The position numbers and the translations under genes are program-made. Below are positions 42,305 through 50,291 of a stretch of DNA of 64,000 nucleotides, one piece after another (within the stretch, counting starts at the first letter, position 1; each line of letters opens with the position of its first letter). The notes beneath the pieces are model-generated. The model was not told the origin of the DNA. It did no database searches and saw nothing but the letters and a program-made list of their open reading frames with translations. Source of the stretch: Acidimicrobiia bacterium. Its GTDB lineage: Bacteria > Actinomycetota > Acidimicrobiia > Actinomarinales > Actinomarinaceae. The DNA lies in contig JAONAZ010000001.1 in the NCBI GenBank assembly GCA_028376655.1, forward strand, positions 40,784 to 104,783, read 5' to 3'.

Positions 42305-42649
42305 GTGAGGAAAACATACTGTTTTGATTTAGATGATACTATCTGTTATCCAAATCATGAATATAATGATACCCAGAGAAGATATCTCGAAGCTAAGCCT
42401 AATAATATTGTAATTGATAAAATTAACATACTTCATGATCTAGGAAATGAAATAATAATTTTTACTGCAAGAAGAATGATTACTCATAATGGAGATATTA
42501 AAAAAATAAAAGCTGATGTTGAGTTAATCACAATTAATTGGTTAAAAAAATATAAAGTAAATTACGACAGGCTATTATTTGGCAAGCCATATGCTGACTT
42601 CTATATAGATGATAAAGCAATAGAGCTACAAAGTTTTATTGATGAATAA
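42305..42649 (+). CDS. HAD-superfamily capsule-biosynthesis phosphatase (EcbF/BcbF-like)
   Basis: FDLDDTI, FTAR, FGKP, YIDDKA. Confidence 0.85.
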   Translation: MRKTYCFDLDDTICYPNHEYNDTQRRYLEAKPNNIVIDKINILHDLGNEIIIFTARRMITHNGDIKKIKADVELITINWLKKYKVNYDRLLFGKPYADFYIDDKAIELQSFIDE

Positions 42650-44138
42650 ACTTATTATTCCATCTGCTGGAGCTGCAACAAGATTTTTTGAGCTTGGTAA
42701 ACATTTTCCTAAATCACTTTTACCATTTAAAAATAAACCTTTACTACTTTATTCATTGGAAAAATATCATAAACTTTATGATGAAATTGTTATCGTTGTG
42801 AGTGAAAACCAACAACTTTACGAAGAGATTCTAAATTATTATGAATACAAAAATGTAAAAGTACAAAGTGTATCTAAGGATTTAAAGCAGGGTCCCGCAA
42901 CTTCTGTATATTGCGGATTAGACGGAACTGAAAATAGTATAACTATTCTTCTTAGTGATGCTCTTTATAATGTTGATATATCTGAAATTCCTGAAGATTC
43001 TATAAGTGCCATGGAGGTTACAGATTTTTCTAGATGGTGCATGGTAGATAAAGACATGAAATTTTACGATAAGCCGATTACTAAACCACCAACAAAACTT
43101 GCAGTATCAGGAATTTATAAATTTTCAGATCCAAAACTTTATTATAAAATATCAGAAGAATATATCTCCAGGTCAGATGAAAGTGAGACACAGTTTTCTA
43201 ATATTTTAGAAATTTATAATGATGAAAAAAAGTTGCATATTTATGAGCATCCCACAAAAGCATTCTTAGATTTTGGGACAATCGAACAATATATTCAGAA
43301 TAAAAATCTACCTTTTGGTAGAAGTTTTAATAATATTCGTTTTGAAAGTAACAGTGTTTTTAAAAGTTCTAAATTAAATCCACTGAAAATAATCAATGAA
43401 GGAATGTGGTTAAAACATTTTCCTGTAAATCAAAATTTAATACCAAAATTGATTGATATCAATATTAAAGATGCAGAAATTGAAATAGATCTTGTCTCAG
43501 GCTTTACACTCAGAGAGTTGTTGCTTTATTATGATAACTCAAATAATCTTTGGGAAAAATTATTTAAGAAATTGAAAATGTTTATGAATGATTGTTCCGA
43601 ATATCAATTTAATACTGATGAATTCTGGAGAAAAATATTTGATAAAACAGTTTTAAGAAGTGGTGAAGGAGAGAATGAATTTTTAGACTATTTCAAGAAA
43701 TTAATTTTAGAATCAGAATTTTCACAACAAACAACAGTATTCCATGGAGATCTCGTTCTAAGTAATATCATCTATGAACCAAATAGAGAAAATATAAAAA
43801 TATTTGATCCTATGGGTGATATTTATGGTCACTGGGTTTACGACCTTGCAAAATTAGGACAGTGTGTGTTGGGTAACTATGACTTAATAGATTCAGAGAT
43901 GTATATCTCAGAAAAAAATTTTTATAGATTATTTTCTACAGATAGAAATGAAATACAACGACTATTTTTTGAGATATTTAATAAAGAAATAGAACTAATT
44001 ACTCCTAAGTTCTTATATGCTCTCATTGCCAGTTTGTACCTTTCGCTAATACCCCTACACTCCCATAATTCGCAAAATCAAAAACTCTACTATCAGGAAT
44101 ACAATTATTTCTTCAATTTATCAAAGAAAGAAAGATAA
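42639..44138 (+). CDS. Nucleotidyltransferase + kinase/phosphotransferase fusion
   Basis: N-terminal PSAGAATRF..PKSLLP and DFGT; C-terminal HGDLVLSNI, IFDP, YDLAKL, SLIPLH. Confidence 0.8.
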   Translation: MMNKLIIPSAGAATRFFELGKHFPKSLLPFKNKPLLLYSLEKYHKLYDEIVIVVSENQQLYEEILNYYEYKNVKVQSVSKDLKQGPATSVYCGLDGTENSITILLSDALYNVDISEIPEDSISAMEVTDFSRWCMVDKDMKFYDKPITKPPTKLAVSGIYKFSDPKLYYKISEEYISRSDESETQFSNILEIYNDEKKLHIYEHPTKAFLDFGTIEQYIQNKNLPFGRSFNNIRFESNSVFKSSKLNPLKIINEGMWLKHFPVNQNLIPKLIDINIKDAEIEIDLVSGFTLRELLLYYDNSNNLWEKLFKKLKMFMNDCSEYQFNTDEFWRKIFDKTVLRSGEGENEFLDYFKKLILESEFSQQTTVFHGDLVLSNIIYEPNRENIKIFDPMGDIYGHWVYDLAKLGQCVLGNYDLIDSEMYISEKNFYRLFSTDRNEIQRLFFEIFNKEIELITPKFLYALIASLYLSLIPLHSHNSQNQKLYYQEYNYFFNLSKKER

Positions 44139-45097
44139 TGAAGAATAAGAAAATATTGGTGACTGGGGCAACGGGACTTTTAGGCAGCTGGCTATCAGAG
44201 AGCCTTGTGCAAAATAATTGTACCGTAACAGGACTAGCTTTGAACACTGAGCTTGATTTTTTAATTAATTCAAAAAAAATTAATAAAGATATAGATTTAC
44301 ATTATTTTGATATTTCTAATGAAGAAAAATTAAAAACAATTTTTAATCAAGACTATGATCTCGTATTCCACCTTGCGGCACAAACTCAAGTTGGAGATGC
44401 TCTAGTAAATCCTGTTAATACTTTTAAATCAAATATTCAAGGAACTTGGAATATTTTAGAGCTATGCAGATTAAAAGGTTTTCCTATTGTTGTCGCTTCT
44501 TCCGATAAAGCTTATGGCAATTCTGTAATACTGCCATACGAAGAATCCTTCCCCTTAAATGGTATATATCCGTACGAGGTATCTAAATCAGCAACAGATA
44601 TGCTATGTAAGACTTATAAAAATACTTATAATTTAAAAGTTTCGACTCTTAGATGTGGAAATATTTATGGTGGTGGTGACTTAAACTGGGAAAGATTAGT
44701 GCCAGGAGTAATAAAATACCTCTTAAATAATGAAACTCCAATATTAAGAAGTAACGGTACATATAAAAGAGACTGGGTTTATGTTGAAGACGTTGTTCAT
44801 GCATATACAGGAGTGGGTTCAGCCCTTTTAGATTCAGGAATTAATGTTGCTGATTCCTATAATTTTTCAAGCATTGATTATTTAAGTGTTATTGAATTAT
44901 ACAAAAAAATTGTATCTAAATTTTCAGAAAATTATATCGAACCGATAATACAGGTAAGTTCTGAATTTGAGATCAAAGATCAATATCTTAGCTCAATAAA
45001 AATAGAGAAAGAATTAGGAATTAGCTCTAATTTTGATATTGACCTAGGACTAGAAAATACAATAAATTGGTACAGAAAGTTTTTTGCAGATATATAG
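44138..45097 (+). CDS. NDP-sugar 4,6-dehydratase (CDP-glucose 4,6-dehydratase-like)
   Basis: VTGATGLLGSWL, HLAAQ, ASSDKAY, PYEVSK, RCGNIYGGGD. Confidence 0.8.
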   Translation: MKNKKILVTGATGLLGSWLSESLVQNNCTVTGLALNTELDFLINSKKINKDIDLHYFDISNEEKLKTIFNQDYDLVFHLAAQTQVGDALVNPVNTFKSNIQGTWNILELCRLKGFPIVVASSDKAYGNSVILPYEESFPLNGIYPYEVSKSATDMLCKTYKNTYNLKVSTLRCGNIYGGGDLNWERLVPGVIKYLLNNETPILRSNGTYKRDWVYVEDVVHAYTGVGSALLDSGINVADSYNFSSIDYLSVIELYKKIVSKFSENYIEPIIQVSSEFEIKDQYLSSIKIEKELGISSNFDIDLGLENTINWYRKFFADI

Positions 45098-45239
45098 ATA
45101 AATAGAAGTTACTTTATATATATAGACATCTCTTAGTTAACATCGGTAGGGAGAAAATCATGTCAAATCAAGAAGTTTATTGGTTTTTTCTTGTTTAGGT
45201 AAAGACTTGTGAACAAGCTTTGTTTTTGCAGGATTCTTT

Positions 45240-46001
45240 TTAATTATACCTTCCGACTACTGCTGATCTGTAAATGTTGTTATCAGTAAATTCTAAATAC
45301 TCCAATGCTGAAACAAATCCATTTTCTAAAAACTCTTTCCAGGCTTTAGTGGGACCGCTATTGGAGTGATCTAGGTGTTGCATATTTCTTTCAACAACAT
45401 CATCCACTACAAGTATTGATTTATCATGGGCTAATTCTTTAGATTTAAGAATGTCATCTCTTGCATCTTTATATTCGTGACCACCATCTATATATATTAA
45501 ATCAAATTTTTTATTTGTGTTTTCACTAAGCTTAGGTACTAATGTTTTAGAGTCCTCAATGATCATTTGGAATCTATTCCCAAATTTTTTTTTGAGGTAA
45601 AACTCACCAAATTTTGAATAATAATGCCAACCGATATCACACGAAAGAACTTTTGTTGATATGTTATTTTTTAAAAAAGTTTCTGCAGAATGTCCTCCAT
45701 TGAAACCAATTTCAAATATATTCTCTTTTTTTTGTGAAATTTTAGATAAAAAATATGTTTGTTCAATGCTTTGTTGTGTGTGGCCTTCGTTCCCTCTGTA
45801 CCAAAAAATATGGATTTCTGAATAAAATTCTGAAATAGAGTCAACTTTACCTACGATTCGATACGCAACTATCCACCTAATTATGTTCAAACTTCGCAGA
45901 ATAATTTTTAACAAAAGTTTGAATGGATATTTAGCGTTGTAGATTTTAGGGTCATCTATCCTTATTAAATAACTATATAATCTACTAAAAAATTTCTTCA
46001 T
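45240..46001 (-). CDS. Class I SAM-dependent methyltransferase (Methyltransf_24-like)
   Basis: EIGFNGGHSA, FDLIYIDGGH, VVDD. Confidence 0.85.
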   Translation of the reverse strand: MKKFFSRLYSYLIRIDDPKIYNAKYPFKLLLKIILRSLNIIRWIVAYRIVGKVDSISEFYSEIHIFWYRGNEGHTQQSIEQTYFLSKISQKKENIFEIGFNGGHSAETFLKNNISTKVLSCDIGWHYYSKFGEFYLKKKFGNRFQMIIEDSKTLVPKLSENTNKKFDLIYIDGGHEYKDARDDILKSKELAHDKSILVVDDVVERNMQHLDHSNSGPTKAWKEFLENGFVSALEYLEFTDNNIYRSAVVGRYN

Positions 46002-46183
46002 GCAATATCTAATATAATCACTTAAATTAAGTCTGTTAATTTTATAAATAGCTTTACATCAAAATTTATAATTATCAATGTGAAGAAAATAAATTTGAAA
46101 AAATAAAATTTAGTGTAGTGATTTATGTGCTCTCATTATGGTTATACTATGAAAATTCAAACTCTTGCTATTAAAATCTAGTT

Positions 46184-47362
46184 ATGAGAGTAGGTTACAA
46201 AACAATTGCTTATATTATTTGTAGTCTGATATTAAGCTTTTATTCTTTTGCAATTGGTCAATGGAAGATTTTTCCACATGGAGTCATAAAAGAAGTCGCA
46301 AATTCTATACAAAATCAAAGTACAAACATTAAAGGTGAAAAAACTAGATTTGGTGAAATAGTTAACCTTAATGATTTAGAAATAAATCAGGTTAACAGAC
46401 TTAATAATTTTAATTTCGAATGGGGTCAGTTAAGTGTCGAAGGAGTTGGAAAGGTTGGTGCTGTAGAACTCAGAGGAGAAAGGGTGTGGTACGTTAATCA
46501 GAATTCTCCTTCATTAATTGAGTATTTGTCACTAGAAAATACAGATTACGTTGAAGTAAAGGCTATTTTTTCTCTTAAAAAAAATCTATATGCTTATGCA
46601 GCGTACATAGATGGAGAGTGTGCTTCAGCTCGTATAGTTTCATTAACAGATAAACATATAGCATTACAGTTGTCATGTTTACCAAGCAATGAAGCAGATA
46701 TGAATGGTGCTGGAGGGGGATGGCTACAGTTATCAGATAGTGAAATACTGTTAGCTACTGGTACCCCTACAAGCTCCAGTGTTGAAAATAAAATTAATAA
46801 AACTGCACAATTAGATGAAAGTTTATGGGGTAAAATTTTAAAAATAAAAATTGATAAAAATAAATTTTCCACTGAAGTTTTTTCAAAGGGTCATAGAAAT
46901 CCTCAAGGTATCGTGAAAATAAAAAATAATATTCTTGCAGCAGAACATGGACCAATGGGTGGTGATGAAATTAATCTAATTTCCAGAGGCGGTAATTATG
47001 GTTGGCCGCTTCAGTCTCTTGGATCTGAATATGATCTAGGAGTCATAAATAAATCTTATGAAAAACCTATACTTACAAAACGTCCTCTTTTTTCTTTTGT
47101 GCCATCAATAGGAATTAGCGATGCAAGTATATGTCCAACTATATATGAGACATATTATGCTCCAAATGATTGTTTGATTGTTGCCTCTATGAGAGCCGGT
47201 TCGATATATTTTATAGTTTATGATAAAGATGGCATTCTTTTTACAGAAAAAATAGAATTTGGATCTCGTATTAGAAAATTAATCATAAAAGAAAATTTAG
47301 TTATTGGTATAACTGATTATGAAGGATTAATAATTGGAGAGCTAATAAACCTTGAAAATTGA
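46184..47362 (+). CDS. PQQ-dependent sugar dehydrogenase (GSDH-like beta-propeller), secreted or membrane-anchored
   Basis: KGHRNPQG, EHGPMGGDEIN, GGNYGWP, PSIGIS; N-terminal hydrophobic segment. Confidence 0.85.
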   Translation: MRVGYKTIAYIICSLILSFYSFAIGQWKIFPHGVIKEVANSIQNQSTNIKGEKTRFGEIVNLNDLEINQVNRLNNFNFEWGQLSVEGVGKVGAVELRGERVWYVNQNSPSLIEYLSLENTDYVEVKAIFSLKKNLYAYAAYIDGECASARIVSLTDKHIALQLSCLPSNEADMNGAGGGWLQLSDSEILLATGTPTSSSVENKINKTAQLDESLWGKILKIKIDKNKFSTEVFSKGHRNPQGIVKIKNNILAAEHGPMGGDEINLISRGGNYGWPLQSLGSEYDLGVINKSYEKPILTKRPLFSFVPSIGISDASICPTIYETYYAPNDCLIVASMRAGSIYFIVYDKDGILFTEKIEFGSRIRKLIIKENLVIGITDYEGLIIGELINLEN

Positions 47363-47423
47363 AATTATTTAGTCATCGTTTTGAATAGTTTGTTTGTGAA
47401 GGGCCATCGAGTTTATATTTATT

Positions 47424-47467
47424 GTGGCCAGAGGCAGAATCGAACTGCCGACCCCTTGTTTTTCAGA
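47424..47467 (-). repeat. att-like direct repeat: 3' half of tRNA-Phe (44 bp)
   Basis: Identical to 52351-52394. Confidence 0.95.
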
Positions 47468-47637
47468 TAAGGGCAGACCTTGTGATTTTATGTTACTTTA
47501 ATCTATTTATCGCTCAATATAGCTCATTGCATACAAGCCCTATGAGTGTGTTGGGTGGTAATGAATGGTAAGTGAAGATATGAGCGAGGGTTGGTTTGTG
47601 GTTGGTTTTGGTAGAACTTCCTAAGTTCCTAAAGTTC

Positions 47638-48075
47638 CTAGACGACTTCTTGTTGTAGTTTCTCTAAACCTAGTACTAACTCTAAATCTGTTTCTTCAAA
47701 CAATGCAGAATAGGTATCGGCAGTAATAGATATGCTTGCGTGTCCTAACCTCTTAGAAATAGAGAGTACATCGGCTCCCGATTGTCTTGCTAGGAATACA
47801 CTTGTATGTCTAAAGGTATGTAGATTAATATCCATATCCATTTCAAGTTCTTCTAATGCAGGTTTAAGAACTCTATGTTTAAAGTTCCTGCCGGTAATTG
47901 GTTGGTTGCAACCTCTGTTAGGAAACACATAAGGGCATATGCCTTGATAAAACTTCTCTTTATGTTCTCTTAGTTTGTTTAAGGTAATGTTATCTATTTG
48001 AATTGTTCTATTAGAACTATCGGTCTTTCTACTCCCTAAATGTTTTAAAAGGCAATACCCACCTATTGATTTCAT
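47638..48075 (-). pseudogene. Truncated tyrosine integrase (C-terminal catalytic part only)
   Basis: KTDSSNRTI, HTFRH, RLGH, TADTYS present; first catalytic Arg motif and DNA-binding domains absent. Confidence 0.85.
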
Positions 48076-48172
48076 ATGTTAAGTAGTGGGTAGAACTTTC
48101 CGAGAGATGTGAGCCATATGTAGTGGTTCTGTTCGGTCTTACTATTGCTAAATAATCACCATTAATCATATG

Positions 48173-49660
48173 CTAATAATTATTGATAATTTTTATATCA
48201 TCCATTAAATGGCCAAGTGAATTTTGCATTGCTGAATTAATATCTTTAAATCTTACTCTCAATGTTGTGACACCATCAGGTACTGTATATGTTCCAGAAT
48301 ATTCTGTCCATGTATACTGTGTAGAATATTGTCCAATTTCAACTTCTGAACCAGGTGCTCCCAAATAAAATCCAACAGTGTCTGTACCGCTTCTTCCTCT
48401 GTGCCAGAAACTCCAGCTTATTTCATCACCTGGAGAAACACTCACGTCTTGATATATTGAAGATAATCCATTTGAGTTTAATTCAAGATGGTGAGTGCCA
48501 TCTACAGATGCAACACCCTTATGTCCTGATTCCCAAATTTCAATTGGTCTATCACCCGATTCATCTAAATTCTGATTAGTCCATCCAGGGAAAGAACTAT
48601 TAGTAAAAAATTCAGTTGCATTACTTGCTACTGGATCGCCGTCGTAGTTTTCAAATGAACCATTTGTAATCAAATCAGTTGGTGGAAGTGTGGTTGTGGT
48701 TGTGGTTGTGGTTGTAGTTGTGGTTGTAGTTGTGGTTGTGGTTGTGGTTGTGGTTGTAGTTGTAGAAGTAGTAGTAACAGCAAGAGTTGGATTATCTGTA
48801 CTGAGGTTGCCGTTATCATCGTATGCAACAATCTCTAAGGCATAAGATGTTCCAGCAGTTAAGGCGTCTAAAAAGATAGAGTTATTATCATTTTCTCTTA
48901 TATATTCACCCTTTAGTACACCATCTAGATAGAAGTAATAACCAGCAACATTGATATTATCTTCTGCTGGTCTCCATAAAACTTCAAAGTATGTTTCTGT
49001 TGTGTTTTGTATATTTATTGTCTTATCTGGCCAAGTAGGTAGTTCATCATCTACATAAACAGTTGTTGTTGAAGACGTAGTTGTTGTAGATGTAGTTGAA
49101 GATGTAGTTGTTGAAGACGTAGTTGTTGCAGGCGTAGTTGTTGCAGGCGTAGTTGTTGCAGGCGTAGTTGTTGATGTACTTGATGGTGCAGCAGCTGTTG
49201 TAGAAGTAGTTGTTGAATCATCGGTGATAGAGATATCCTCAACAGTGTCCAAGTCAAGAATTACAATATCGTTATCCTCTTCAACAATCTCATTGGTATC
49301 GCTACCTTCTATAACAATCACATTTTCAATTGAGTCAACAATATTTTCATCAGGCTGGTTTGAATTAACATTATTAAATGCAAATAAAGAGAAAAATGTT
49401 AAACCCGAAATAAGGCCATACAGGTAGCCTCTTCTTGTAAATAGCGCAAGAAATGCTGAAAGAAAACCTGATAAATAATTCCAGAACAAAATAAAAAATA
49501 AGAATCTTCTCTTTTCAGTAAAATATTTTGTTAGTTCAATTACCTGGTCATGAGTTAATTTTTGTTCAGAAGAATTAACATCTAGTTTTAATTTATTGGC
49601 AGCCTTTAAAACTTCATCAATTGATCTTTTTAATCTGTCTGCAAGAATATATAACTTCAT
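48173..49660 (-). CDS. Membrane-anchored Thr-rich surface protein: IF2_N-like head, TM, Thr linker, FN3, poly-Thr, CBM-like domain
   Basis: FN3 motifs (VLWRPAEDNINVAGYYFY..LTAGTSYALEIVAYD); CBM-like LITNGSFE..GW..LELNS..IYQDV. Confidence 0.8.
   Translation of the reverse strand: MKLYILADRLKRSIDEVLKAANKLKLDVNSSEQKLTHDQVIELTKYFTEKRRFLFFILFWNYLSGFLSAFLALFTRRGYLYGLISGLTFFSLFAFNNVNSNQPDENIVDSIENVIVIEGSDTNEIVEEDNDIVILDLDTVEDISITDDSTTTSTTAAAPSSTSTTTPATTTPATTTPATTTSSTTTSSTTSTTTTSSTTTVYVDDELPTWPDKTINIQNTTETYFEVLWRPAEDNINVAGYYFYLDGVLKGEYIRENDNNSIFLDALTAGTSYALEIVAYDDNGNLSTDNPTLAVTTTSTTTTTTTTTTTTTTTTTTTTTTTTTLPPTDLITNGSFENYDGDPVASNATEFFTNSSFPGWTNQNLDESGDRPIEIWESGHKGVASVDGTHHLELNSNGLSSIYQDVSVSPGDEISWSFWHRGRSGTDTVGFYLGAPGSEVEIGQYSTQYTWTEYSGTYTVPDGVTTLRVRFKDINSAMQNSLGHLMDDIKIINNY
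48689..48763 (-). repeat. Hexamer microsatellite (ACCACA/ACTACA) encoding ~25 consecutive Thr
   Basis: Tandem tgtggt/tgtagt units on the + strand. Confidence 0.95.
49118..49173 (-). repeat. 15-bp tandem repeat encoding PATTT x3
   Basis: cgtagttgttgcagg at 49118, 49133, 49148 plus a partial copy. Confidence 0.92.
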
Positions 49661-49732
49661 TTAAGAGATATTAATGTGTAACTTCATTTAAGAGCTATTT
49701 TAGTAGACAAGAAGGGGGTGACAGAGTTGTAG

Positions 49733-49754
49733 GTGTGTGCAGAAGTGTGTGCAG
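49733..49754. repeat. 10-bp direct repeat GTGTGTGCAG x2, putative integrase arm-type site
   Basis: Copies at 49733 and 49745, about 30-50 bp from the att copy. Confidence 0.55.
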
Positions 49755-49781
49755 TTTTGGTATTGATAGGGGAAAACCCTA

Positions 49782-49824
49782 GTGGCCAGAGGCAGAATCG
49801 AACTGCCGACCCCTTGTTTTTCAG
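49782..49824 (-). repeat. att-like direct repeat: 3' half of tRNA-Phe (43 bp)
   Basis: Identical to 52351-52393; boundary falls at the anticodon loop. Confidence 0.95.
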
Positions 49825-49886
49825 GGAAAAACCATTATGGCCTACTTGTTTCATTTTAATAGAATCATATAGATTTAAACAATTTT

Positions 49887-50249
49887 TTAATAAATGAGAA
49901 CTCTGTCTGCTTCAAAAGTTAACTCAACTAACTTATTAGGAGTTGCAGGCGTAAAGCCAAGCTCTTCTAATTGTTCTTTTGTAATACCACGAGCGGCAGC
50001 TGATTTTCCAGATGCATATAAATGTGCACCCTTTTCCTTTAGTACTACAAGATGATCTTCAAGAGTTCCTAATCCAACTCCCTTCATTTCTTGAGTGGTT
50101 ATTTCATGGAGACTTGTTACCCCATCTCCCGCACAGAAAATAGTGACTTCATTACCATCTTGAATAGCTGATTTTGCGACTAAAAATCCTAAGACTGCAC
50201 GACTTGGATTTTCAACTCCTGTAATTATATGTACTAACAATTTATTCAT
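49887..50249 (-). CDS. DsrE/DsrF-like family protein
   Basis: ITGVENPSRA, VTIFCAGDGV, ELTFEADRVLIY. Confidence 0.8.
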   Translation of the reverse strand: MNKLLVHIITGVENPSRAVLGFLVAKSAIQDGNEVTIFCAGDGVTSLHEITTQEMKGVGLGTLEDHLVVLKEKGAHLYASGKSAAARGITKEQLEELGFTPATPNKLVELTFEADRVLIY

Positions 50250-50291
50250 ACCTCAATATTAAAACTAAAGACTCGATAATATCTATTAGTT

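Larger units (their letters stand above)
47468..49781. mobile_element. tRNA-Phe-targeted integrative cassette (distal), degenerate
   Basis: Bounded by tRNA-Phe 3' fragments; contains an integrase remnant and a surface-protein gene. Confidence 0.7.

Noticed and set aside
47638..48075. Prophage or active integrative element
   Set aside because: The integrase is truncated and there are no structural, replication or conjugation genes
49051..49257. Gln/Leu-rich repeat ORF (QQLRL)n
   Set aside because: Alternative frame of the Thr-rich repeat in the surface-protein gene
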